From: Marsupella aquatica
Taxonomy: Eukaryota; Plantae; Marchantiophyta
Length of the DNA stretch: 64,000 nt
Assembly: GCA_973895155.1 (NCBI GenBank)
Contig: OZ316896.1
Coordinates: forward strand, 3,324,738-3,388,737
Direction: 5' to 3'
Shown: one piece after another, positions 23,649-34,461 of the stretch
Position numbering within the stretch: position 1 is the first letter of the stretch
Layout: every line of letters starts with the position of its first letter
Translations under genes and position numbers: made by a program
Notes under the pieces: model-generated
Database searches by the model: none
Seen by the model: only the letters and a program-made list of their open reading frames with translations
Told to the model about the DNA's origin: nothing

Positions 23649-24995
23649 CGTGGTTCAAGCTGTCCTGAAGCAATTTGTAAGCTTCACAAGACTGAGGCAC
23701 TAGTTACTCCGACGAATGAAATTTGTAAGCTTCACAAGACTGAGGCACTAGTTACTCCGACGAATGAAATTTGTAAGCTTCTCATTCACATTAAGTTACT
23801 CCTACGAATGAAACCTAATGTATATATACATTAACTTTCGCAATCACAAACAGAGTGGACATCTTGGTCTTTCGCTGCTGTGATCCAAGTCAATATGGAG
23901 GTCAGTCCTCGCAGCTGTTCCGAGCCAGGGCTTTCCATCGCGCCCCTACTGTAGATGCTTTGGCTTGGACGCGGGAATAGACTTTCTACAGCTTGAGAGA
24001 ATAAACAGTACTCTGATTCCCATATTTGTTGCTCCGGTCAATTAGGACCTTTGAAAAAAAGGGCCCGAAGAATGTACCCCTACTGGAGAAGGAAGCTTCC
24101 AAGCACGCGGCTGGAGCACCGCTATGTTCGTGGAATCAAACATTTTTCTGATTCCCATAATGGGGTCTCTCCGCTCAATCTAACACGGAAAGGAAAAGAG
24201 CCCCCGAGCGGTGTACTACCAGAACCGTAGCCGGGAGCTTCCAAGCACGCGGCAGGAAGAGTAGATGCCATTACAAGTCTCACACGTTTTCAAATCGCCT
24301 TGTTTAGCTCACTATACCTTCGTCAGCTCCGCTCATGCTGTTTGTGTGTATTTCGTGGATTGATTCGTTGGTCGATCACGCCTTCAGTATTGAGTCTTGT
24401 CCAAGCAACTAACTCTCTGTGATTGGTGCGCGTTTAAATGTTCATTTTCTGGTTTTGTTCCTCGGTGCGGTGCAACGTGCTGTGTGAAGGCGTGGTGTAG
24501 CCTGCTTGAGTACGTTTTCATGGAGTAAGATTTTGGCCAGGACTATTCTCACATGTAAGTGCTGCTACACGATAGAGGCTACTAGCAATTGTCAGCGAGA
24601 TGAAAATTTCTGGATCCACTACACTGTTGGACATCCTCAAGTCTCGATCGCTGTTTTGAAGTAATTGCTAGTCGGAAAGTTGTTGAGACGGCATATCTGT
24701 TTAAATTTGCTCCTTGGTCAGAAGGATCGACAACACTGGGATCTTCGTCTAGGTGCGATATTTGAAATCAGCCATACGGTCAGCATCATACCCTATTGCC
24801 GGCTAGATCAATGTCTTCCCACTGTGAATCTTGAGCTAGTTAGTTGATTTGAAGAGACGCGAATGTCACATCTTTTTGTAAAGAATAATGTGAACTTTTA
24901 ATGGTTATTTCTTGCAGCTACTAGGAGGGGCAAACCAACTTAGCGAAGGACCTGAGCACGCCCCACACCTGTACTGTGGGGTGAATCAGCATGCC
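23649..24995. promoter_or_regulatory. Shared bidirectional promoter / 5' UTR region of the divergent GTPase pair
   Basis: Palindromic tgtatatataca at 23819-23830; W-box cores (TTGACY, minus strand) at 23888 and 24036; ACGCGG at ~23969, ~24105, ~24248; CGCGTT at 24429; probable 5' UTR intron gtaagt (24555) to ttgcag (24918). Confidence 0.55.
23672..23812. repeat. 48-bp tandem repeat (2 perfect + 1 degenerate units) just upstream of the short GTPase ATG
   Basis: aatttgtaagcttcacaagactgaggcactagttactccgacgaatga at 23672 and 23720, degenerate unit at 23768. Confidence 0.9.
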
Positions 24996-26435
24996 ATGGC
25001 CTTTGTACCGGTCATCCTGGTTGTCGGAGCTTATAGCAAGTACAAAGCTCATGTCTCAGAGGCCCTCGCCAAGCGTCATAGTGGAGGGGAAGTTCGAAGG
25101 ACTGAGGCAGGGGTCGTAAATTATAGGACGGAAGGGAGGCCAGTAGTTGTCGAATCCACATCCTGGAATGTTAACCGAAAGATCATGGAAGGAAGAAACT
25201 TGACAGAAATTGTAGATGATTGGATTTCATCAAATATCTTGAACGAGCTGTTTGGCAAGTTGGTTTCCGTTGTGTGTGTGATAGATTTAACTTCGCTTCA
25301 GCACAAATGTAATCTTTCGAAATCGAAATTGCATAGACGTATATATGCTTGGCTCACTCTGCTGGCTGATATTTTCCTCAATTGTCGAGCAACGATTACA
25401 ATAGTTGTGCGAATAAAGGGTAGCGAGAATGTCAGTACCAACACTACGAAGAATAGAATCAGAGAACTCCTTGTACAGGACGGATTTGAAGAGAGCAATA
25501 TTGTTTTTCGTCGGCAAGTACCGAAGGTTGGGGAGGACCCAGAGATCCCCCTGACGCTTTCCGTTTTGACACCTAGAGAAGAGCTACATATTTCCAACCG
25601 GCCTGTCAAACTGATTTTGTTCGGGAGGACGGGCAGCGGCAAGTCAACTCTTGCTCAGATGCTTACCCTGCAAAAGCTCGACTCTTGTTCCAACGCTTTT
25701 CCTTCCAACTCAGGTGTCGATGGAAAGAGCCTTGGAGTCAAACATGGTCAGGGTAGAGGCTGGTACGTTGTTGATACGCCAGGTCTAGGAAAACCGTCAG
25801 AAAAACTTAGCTCCACATCCACACATCATCTCGCGATGAAGATGTTTGAAGAGATCCAGTTGACCCACGGACTTTTCACTCATTTCATATACGTGAAAAA
25901 ACGAGATCGCTTTGACACGCTGGACGACGAGATCTGGAGGTTCTTTATGCAAATTTTTGGAGAACACATCAAAAGCAACTTCACTGTAGTGATTACTAAT
26001 TCAGGCCAGGCCTGGGTGGAAACCCACATGGATGCTTTGCGGGAGAGTTTCACCGGTTGCGAAAGTTTTCTCAGCGCCGACTTCCCGACGATCGAGCCCG
26101 ACGACAAAGAACTGGAGGAGGAAAACTGCAAGGTGCGAGTGGAATCTCTGAAGCAGCTCGAGGAAGGTCTTGCTATTCTAGGCAGACATCCGGTGGAATG
26201 TAACAAAACTAGACAGGTTTCTAAGACAACTGAGGGCCACGGTTTCCGTGAATCCGTCAGTTCGGTGAAAGATGCAACGAAACGTGCGGTAGGCAGAGCT
26301 CGAACAATTTCGGGGAAAGGTGCAACGAACCGTATGCGAGGCAGAGCTCTTTTTTCTACAGCCAAAGGCGTCGCAAATACTAATCCACGAGATGGGAACA
26401 AATGGAAGAGGATGTTCAAGAGTACTCGTCCCTAA
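24996..26435 (+). CDS. AIG1/GIMAP-like GTPase with N-terminal degenerate G-like domain and basic C-terminal tail (~479 aa)
   Basis: ATG in gccATGg context at 24996 (the ORF-track TTG start at 24912 overlaps a splice acceptor); G1 GRTGSGKS, G3 DTPG, HFIYVKKRDR, VVITN; K/R-rich tail; identical protein in copy 2. Confidence 0.88.
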   Translation: MAFVPVILVVGAYSKYKAHVSEALAKRHSGGEVRRTEAGVVNYRTEGRPVVVESTSWNVNRKIMEGRNLTEIVDDWISSNILNELFGKLVSVVCVIDLTSLQHKCNLSKSKLHRRIYAWLTLLADIFLNCRATITIVVRIKGSENVSTNTTKNRIRELLVQDGFEESNIVFRRQVPKVGEDPEIPLTLSVLTPREELHISNRPVKLILFGRTGSGKSTLAQMLTLQKLDSCSNAFPSNSGVDGKSLGVKHGQGRGWYVVDTPGLGKPSEKLSSTSTHHLAMKMFEEIQLTHGLFTHFIYVKKRDRFDTLDDEIWRFFMQIFGEHIKSNFTVVITNSGQAWVETHMDALRESFTGCESFLSADFPTIEPDDKELEEENCKVRVESLKQLEEGLAILGRHPVECNKTRQVSKTTEGHGFRESVSSVKDATKRAVGRARTISGKGATNRMRGRALFSTAKGVANTNPRDGNKWKRMFKSTRP

Positions 26436-28759
26436 AACGGTCCCAAGTAGTTGCATTTCTACCTATCAGGCCAATTCCCAAACGTAACTTCAAAAACAGT
26501 GAGGTCCTCGTGCCTGATTCTTGTAGTGAGTTACTGTCACAAATATTACATACCCCCGTAGTTTTAGGTTGTCGTCGATGTACCTGGGAATCCTTCAAAG
26601 GTCCCAGCTCGGAAGAGCCTTGTAATTAAGAGCACAAATTGGAGATTGTCAGCTGTGTTCCCCCTATCCTAGAGGTTTGGGGCCTTTCTGATTTTGTAGG
26701 GGCCGTGAGATTTGGTTCTACACAAATGCACACGAAAGGCACGGGTGGCAGATTGTGCACACAATAAAAATGTAGAGCTTGCAAAATGTCGGAATCTGAG
26801 AGGAATTGTAGATGTTTATCGATGTTTGAAGAGTCTCAGTCTCCTAAAAGTTAACAGCGTTTTATCTGAGTAACCAACTACTGGAAACGAAAATTGCCAT
26901 GACGGTCTTGAAAGGTAGCCAGGGCGCAAGTGATTGCCTCTCAAGGAGCTTTGCAAACGATGTTACGCGCATTAAAGTGCTGAATCCCGAGATTTTAACT
27001 CTTCAGCACGTTCAAGGGTCAGTGCCGGGACAGTGCAATTGTCGAGCTGGAAATGTAGTAGACCTTCAGGAAATTGAATGCCTCAAACAATGTCGACCTT
27101 CTGCGTGAAATCTGACAGTCTCATTCCCAAAAGTGCGTTAATGAACAAGAACCGTCTGGAACATCTATAGAATTAATTATGCCTTTTGCGCTTCGGAAAT
27201 TTCAGATTGCGCGCTGCTATAAGGAAAGCTCAGGTCATGGCAAAGAAGAGATTCAAGCCACGTGAACGCAATTAGTCATCCAGCTATTGGAGCCTCTCAA
27301 ACCACCTCATTCCTGAGCTTTCCCTTTTCCTTGACCAAAATGTTAGGAGGCCGGGTCAAAATGCTAGGAGACCAGGTTTGTACTTGTCCGATAAATGAGG
27401 GATCTGGACCCCTACATCTGACATGTGTCACACCCCATCATCCCGGCCCCCTACCCACACCCTACCCCAACCCGGCCCAACCCCAACCCAGCCCCTGCCC
27501 AGGCTTGTCCCAACAGGCTTGGGAATATAGGCAAATATACAACACCTCTTTTAGAGCCAACAAATGACAAGTTGTAGTGTTGCTCATGTAGGATAACTGC
27601 TTGTGTTCGGACAATACAACAACTTGTCAGTCAATTCAAACCCAGATCATAGACCAAAAATATGTGGTTCCCAAAAAAGTGACGGACTGGGTCACAGACC
27701 AAAAATATGTGGTTCTCACAAAAGTTCACCCAAAAATATGTTGTTCTCACAAAAGGTGACCGAGAGTAACTTTAGCTATCAATGTAGAGAGCAGACGTAC
27801 CGTTTTCACACAATATGCATGAGTGCCCTTCCAGAATGGTTGGGAGCCCTTCAAGAATTGTCAGAGACCATTCTAAATGGATTCTGAAATTGTGGGTGCC
27901 CAAATTCAAGTCAAGTGATTAAACTCAATTAGTCATATTGAAACCCCAGCACTACAGCAAGCCAGAACCAGTTTCCACCTGAATTCAGTTCCTCCTCCAT
28001 TGAGCCAAGCAGTCGTCCAAGCTGTAGCAACTTAACAAAGAACGGTACTCAAACAACCTTGATTAATTTGCAGGGATGGTTCCCTTCTCCAGGATGAGCT
28101 TAGTTTTGTTCTCTAACAGCTCAGTGAAATCAATGAGAATAAATGATGACTGTAGGTTAGTTTTGCTAGCTTGAATGTTGGACTTTTTCCTGCTTTCCAA
28201 GATGTGATTCTGAACCGTCCATTGGGAAGATACAGCTGCTCTTCACTTTGAGTAGCAGTTATTTGTTCAACAAAAAAAGCTAAGCCTAGCTTGATGAACC
28301 TTAATCTAAGTAGATGGGCTGCATCACAACCTTAAAACCTGATTGCATAACACATTTCAAACCCAAATTTAACAACTTGGCAAAAATAGCAGGGCTGGTG
28401 ATGTGAAATGATATTAAAGTTATGATTATCCATCCCAACAAGGGGTCTCCCTAATTGTTGTCAATTTTTTCGGTTCAAAAATGGTGTGTTTAAGTTACAA
28501 TAACAATCCTAAGGGTCTAGACCTTGGTGGTTGCACTACCCAGCATGGTTGCACTACCCAGTATATATTTATTAAGTGCTTGGGAGATCACTTCAATCTG
28601 CACTTTCTCACATGTGTTGTCATATTACACACACTCCTCATATGCTAAGCCCAGATACCACATGATTCACCTGGATAAGTGCAAGAAACTACTTTACATG
28701 TTTTCCTTGCTGTAACTGATTAAAGCACATGTGCTATTTTTATGTTTGGTGAGAGCTGA

Positions 28760-29476
28760 CTAATTGCAAGTATAAACAGTGCAAGTATAAACAGTGCATT
28801 CCCTAACTCTTGGGAATACCAAAGTTGAACCTGTGATCATCCGTCGAGGACCAATTTGGATTATCTCTTGCTCCGGTCCAAGTTTTCTTTGGAATACCTT
28901 AGATGATACAGGGATCATGGTTGGTATTCCAGAACAAATTCTAGAATCCTTCAAACCGTCCTAGGTTGTGAATCTCAAAGATGATCTATCCATGATCACC
29001 GTTGGTATTCCAGCACATCTTTCAACCTCCTCGGATCCTTGTTCCTTTGGGGGGAATACCAAATTTGATCCGGTGATCATCCTTTGCATTCCAATGCGAA
29101 TTCCTGGTGATTTTGAATCTGGTGTAGGTATTCCTATATCCAATGCTCTCATCACGGACGAGACTTGCTTTCTCTCTGTTCTAAATTGAACAAATGCTTC
29201 CAGGGATCCTAAAGGTGAGCCAATTTGACTTTGTTGACATGGAAAACTGAGTAGACGTCATTTATCTGGTTTAGTGGGTGAGACGTAATATGAAGAAATG
29301 TCTTTGTCACTTCCCTCTGAATCGGAGTCTTTAATGTCTACTTGGGGCTCCACTTGCTCAGAGGGTGGAAGTTTGGCTTGCAAATGAGAAGGAATAAATC
29401 TATGAACAACCCCGGGGGAGGATTGGATGGAACTAGCAATGCTTTCTTCTGACTCAGAGCTAGACATGGTTATCAT
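28760..29476 (-). pseudogene. Decayed low-complexity ORF with internal peptide repeats, probably TE-derived
   Basis: Three ORF-track fragments (29258-29476, 28961-29155, 28760-28954) are in one frame, separated by single TGA/TAG stops; repeats GIPT and RMITGS.LVFP. Confidence 0.45.
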
Positions 29477-31659
29477 AAACCCTATACAACCAAGGTTTCC
29501 CCATAGGATGTGCCTCTACGACTGCTTAAATACTACAAAATTTTCAAAATCTTGAGCGCCCTACAAATGAAAAATATGAAGGTCCTATGAAAGTGAAGCT
29601 CAAAATTTGATGATTGACCATGCTTTTATAGTTTTGGGGTTGTGTTTGCCACATGGCATAGCTTGATTGGTTTTCACTAAGAGACAAAATATAGAAATGA
29701 TCTGGTTTCCAGAATTTTGAGAGCATTATGATCCAGGTATCATGGTTGGGATTATACTCAATGTTTTGCTTCTAGTGACAAATGGACTGACCAGGTGTTT
29801 TGATAGGAGGTTTTTGTGTGTTCGCAATAATTATGATCCGTGTATCACGATTGTAATTCCTCTCAAGGTTTGGAGGATTGAAAAATAATTTAAAGCATGT
29901 TTTTGAAGATGTGTTTTGAGTTTGGGAACCCAATGATCCACTGATCACAGATTGAATTCCCCCCATTATTTTATGGGCTAGAAAATTATTTGTATTTTCA
30001 ATGGGTAGTTTTGTGTATTGGCAACAATCCATGATCCGTGGATCATGGTTGGGATTAGGTTTGATGGTTTGAATCGTGCAACAGTGTTGTTTAGTCGTGA
30101 GTCTTAGCTTAACTAGAAGTGAGTTAAAGTAACTGACTATGGATGTAACTGCACAGTTGCGTGGTAGTCCCTAAACCTTGGGTTCACATGACGATCAAAT
30201 TTGGAGTTTTGGGTATCTTTTAATTCATAAATTATAACTGTTATTTCACTTGAAGAATCCGAGCTCATCTGAGACCATAATATGTGACTCATTTTGGCTC
30301 ATGTGACTTCATTGTGACTGAACATATTGTGACCCAGGCTGTGACCCTTGGAGTTGCAAAAGTTGAGACCAAAAAATAGAAGTCACTATTGATACTGGAC
30401 ATTGCGACTTGCTTGATACCCATTTGTGATTGATCTGTGACTCCATTATGGAGTCTAGCCTTGTTGATACGTGACTGCAATGTGACTTTAATTAGTCACA
30501 GGGTAAATCATGTCCATGACTTACTTGCCCTTAAGAGTGACTAGCTTGTGATCTTTTAGTGTCACATAATAAACCCTAATAAACACAACCATTTGGGTCT
30601 CTACATAGTCATGTTTATAAGTAATAAGGTTGAGATGAAATTTAGTGATTGAAGTTGTAACCATGACTAATCCAATAATGGATTATAACAATTGTGTAAC
30701 ACTTCATAAGGAGAGATAGTCAATTCATGAGCACTCCACATTACAATACAAAAGAAAATTCATGTTCATCATCACTTTAGAAGTATAACATATTAAATAT
30801 ATAATAAATAAACTTTATCTCATTTTTTGTACGCGAAGTTAGCATGCTTTATATCCATTGCTCTTTCTCACAGACTTCACTACACCCCCTTGCAAACAAG
30901 AGCCGACCACAAGCTTGAAAGAAGAAAGTTCAATTTTCATAAACCACAAAACCCAGTATGTCAGTTAGAAACATCAAAATCCAGTATTTCAGCTAGCAAT
31001 TACAAGTTTCAAACTTCTGAAATAATATTTAGGGTATTTCAGACAAAAATTACAAGCCGTCTTAAACATACTGTACAATGGTCACATTAATGGTCTATTT
31101 CGACTAGGGCTTAAAAGTAGCTCTCATTGAGAGAGACTCTTCAATAGCATGTAGATTTAAATTTTTCTAAACTTTAGGCTCTCACTACCATTTCACAACC
31201 TTGCTGACGATCGTGTTGACTTGATGGTTCAAAACGTAGTTCTAATCATAACGTAGAATCATGGTGGATTAGCAAAAATGGATTGCAAGAACTTTATGTT
31301 GTGAGAAATCTCTGGAAATGATCCGTTTGAATTGGCTGAAATGGACGGCAGAGAGGTAGCATGGAGCGATGCTCCGGGCATGGATACGAGGAGGGCACTG
31401 TTCATTTGGGCGCGAGAGCATAGCAATCGGACAGACGTAGAAGCACCTTTATACTGACTGGGCAGCTGTGGTTTAGGTGTTGGACTGGCAAATGTCGAGG
31501 ATGGGTTCTCAGGTGCTACTTAGCCAATTTCAGGATGCCTTCTCCCTCCACATCCTACAACTTCACAGCTCCAAAAAGTGAAAAGGCAACTGTCCTATGT
31601 ATACACAATAAACATGTGGGAAGAGATGTGAACAACGCTTCCACTTGAAGCAAAGAGAA

Positions 31660-34461
31660 TCAGTCATCACTGGGACTGCTGGGAGAGGAATCCGCTTCTA
31701 GGAATCTGGTCATTTTTTTGAAAGCGGCTGCTGACTTTAATAGCCTTTTTCTCTCCAAGTGCTTCTCAATGTAACCAGCAAGATCAGCATTCAGCCCTCT
31801 GTCGTAGAGAAATATTTGGAAGTTATTCACCAACTCGTCCTTGCCATTCCTGCATCAAGAGGCGAGGACCACTAAAGATTCAAGTCCCAAAACTCATCCC
31901 TAAGTTCCCAGGCAAAATATGTCAATTTGAATGTACCCGCTTCAGACAGACTTTAGATAACATCAATGGCAGCAAGAAACCATTAATGGACGATGCCTAC
32001 CAAGACATCCTTAGATAAAATCATATTCACCTCTGCATATGAAAACTTTAGTTTGGGACTGTGAGGTAGATACCTGTGAGAATTATCAATCTAAACCCTC
32101 AAAATCTGATGAAATTCAGACAACAGTGGAGGCTCATACAAAGAAATTCAACCAAATATCAAGTGTACTTCATAAGGATTGACCCCTCAGAAGCACGGAT
32201 AGTATTTAATCATTGCCTCCACGATGTGTAACAAAGAGACGAGGTGACTTCATTTTATGTATTCCTCGTTTCATTTCAGTACTGCTGAATACCAAAAGAT
32301 AAGACGAACACCTATACCTACCGGTAGGATCTAAAATGGATCAACCAACTAAAGACTCATACAAAGAAATTCAACCAATATTGAGTATGCTTCATCAGGT
32401 TTGAACCCTCAGAAGCGCGGATAGGATGTAATCATCGTCCTCAGTCTCTCGAACCATCCTACATACGAGAATCAGCCAAGAGAGGACAACATAGCTAACA
32501 GACATCTCCGCGTCCGAGTAGCAAAGTATTCATCTCTCCTAAGCACACGTCCCTACCGTTCACTACCATCCTTCGCGTCAATGTCTTACTGTGTCATCCC
32601 ATGCATTGTTGATATTCACTAAAGCGCTGCTGGTTTGGTTTTTTGTTCAATCCGTCTGTTAACGCGCGCTTTTCAAAATGTGTACAACAGTGACCCTAAG
32701 CCTATCTCAGTTAATACATTGTCTGAATAGCGGTGTCAACTTGTTTTTTTTTATCGAAACGTCTTCAACTGTTGACTCCCCTATTAAAATATAAGCCATT
32801 AGCTATAATTCATTGAGCCATCGTAAACCGTTCTGTAAATGACTCAGAAACTAACGAATGGTAGACTGAGAAAACGATTACTAATTACCACGGAATGAGA
32901 CATCAATAGGATTGGGTGACAACTCATACGAAGAAATTCAACCAATGTGATGATATCTTCATCAGGTTTGACCCATCAGAAGCGTGGATACAATTTAATC
33001 ATTGCCTTCACAGTCTAGCCTCCAGACATGAAAATAAGATGCAGGTTGGTACAAGGTGAGGGAATGCTCTGGTCAAATTTAACCCACAAACAGGCATTTA
33101 TAGAGTGAACTTCAATCATCTATGGCCATACATTTGGTACCAAACTCACAGAACAATAACAAAGTCTTGTACACCTACTTCAAAATGTATGTGGAAGAGG
33201 CTTACGAGAAGTATGGGCGGTATATTGTCTGTTCCTTGTCTTCATATTGTAGATCAACTTGGTGAATGGCAAAACCATCCCAGTAACACTCGCATCTGAT
33301 TTCGAGAGTGGGAGATACGCCACCTTTCGTGATCAAAATCGTCAGCTGCAACATCTTCGTTCGACTCTCCGGGTCTTCACCGACTTCCGGCTTGCACTGA
33401 TAATTTTTTCTCACTAGTTGCAGAACACAAGACATAGTGATGTCTTCCAACCCATAAATTCTGGTCAACATCATCTCCATCTCTCCAGGTTCGTCCTTCA
33501 CAATTGTAAACGGTTTGGGTGGTTTCCTCTATGTGATGTTCTGCAAAACACTTCGACACGACATCTATGTCAAACATTTTATCCTACGATAAGGTTTCCA
33601 GACACTCTGGAAATAGCTCTAGACATGACAGAAAGCGGGTGACAATCTGCATGAGGTACAGCGGAAGCAGATGTGCCCAATGGGAAGCACATAACCAAAA
33701 AAAACCATATTGTCTCACAAGGCTTGCTCAAAGGGAAAGAAAAAAAGGTCTAGGATTGGCAGAATCAGGGAGGATTAATCACAACTAACCAAGATGTCAA
33801 GATCCTTCTGGCAACAATAGGCATGAACAAGCTTACGCTGCCTAAGTGCAAAGCAAGTATCACTTTGTAATATGTGCACTTTAAAATTAGGTTCTAGAAG
33901 AATGTCATCCACTGGACCTCAGTATAGTGCACACTTGGACAAACCAAGGAATAATCCCAAAAGAAACGATGTCTGGACACATAATGATCTTCAGCATCAG
34001 AAAAATCCAGCAATAGAACAATGCAGAAGAAAATTTGCCTACATCAACTTACAGATACAAGGCAGAACTTGGCAGGGAATACCGTAACTCACCAGCAATC
34101 GCTTCGTACAGTCTTTGACCTCGCAACGAAACACGTGCAGGAGACCCTCATCTCCTTTGTGCAAGCCAATATCTACACCTTTTACTGCACAAGAGGCAAA
34201 ATGTGACTTCTGGACACGCGACGGATACAGAAAACAATCCCTGGTTGCTGTTGTTGCTACTGCTGTGGGTCCATTCCACGCGAGTTTTGAAGTCTTTGAG
34301 CGCTATCTCCTCAATTGTTGTGGCAGCACGACCTTGTCACCCAATGGCTGAGTTATCACTGGCGACCACTCTTGAGAACCACTGGCTATTCCATGATTCC
34401 CCTGCCCAAAAGCCTGGCTGGAATTTCCACCACAACAACAAAGCCGAACTCCGATCCTCAT
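31660..34461 (-). pseudogene. MAM33 / mitochondrial glycoprotein (p32/C1QBP) family gene, 3 exons, two in-frame TAG stops
   Basis: Exon 1 34461-34093 (...GDEGLLHVFRCEVKDC, donor GTGAGT), exon 2 33540-33206 (PPKPFTIVKDEPGEMEMMLTR...LTILITKGGVSPTLEIRC...YRPYFS, donor GTAAG), exon 3 31849-31660 (DELVNNFQIFLYDRGLNADLAGYIEKHLERK); splice phases are compatible; TAG at 34303-34305 and 33529-33531. Confidence 0.8.
32132..33012. repeat. Three diverged ~90-bp repeats inside MAM33 intron 2
   Basis: ctcatac.aagaaattcaaccaa...cttcat.aggtttga.cc.tcagaagc..ggata...ttaatcat at ~32132, ~32356 and ~32922. Confidence 0.8.

Noticed and set aside
23203-23703. Antisense ORFs over the GTPase, STIG1 and copia genes
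   Set aside because: Shadow frames of real coding sequence with no independent motifs
23672-23812. CRISPR-like array
   Set aside because: Units are contiguous without unique spacers, the context is eukaryotic and there are no cas genes
24912-24995. 28-codon N-terminal extension of the long GTPase given by the ORF track
   Set aside because: Starts at a TTG inside a pyrimidine-rich splice acceptor (tttcttgcag); the ATG at 24996 has a strong context
31660-34461. Rescue of the MAM33 TAG codons by U-to-C RNA editing
   Set aside because: That type of editing is known for organellar transcripts; this is a nuclear gene with spliceosomal introns
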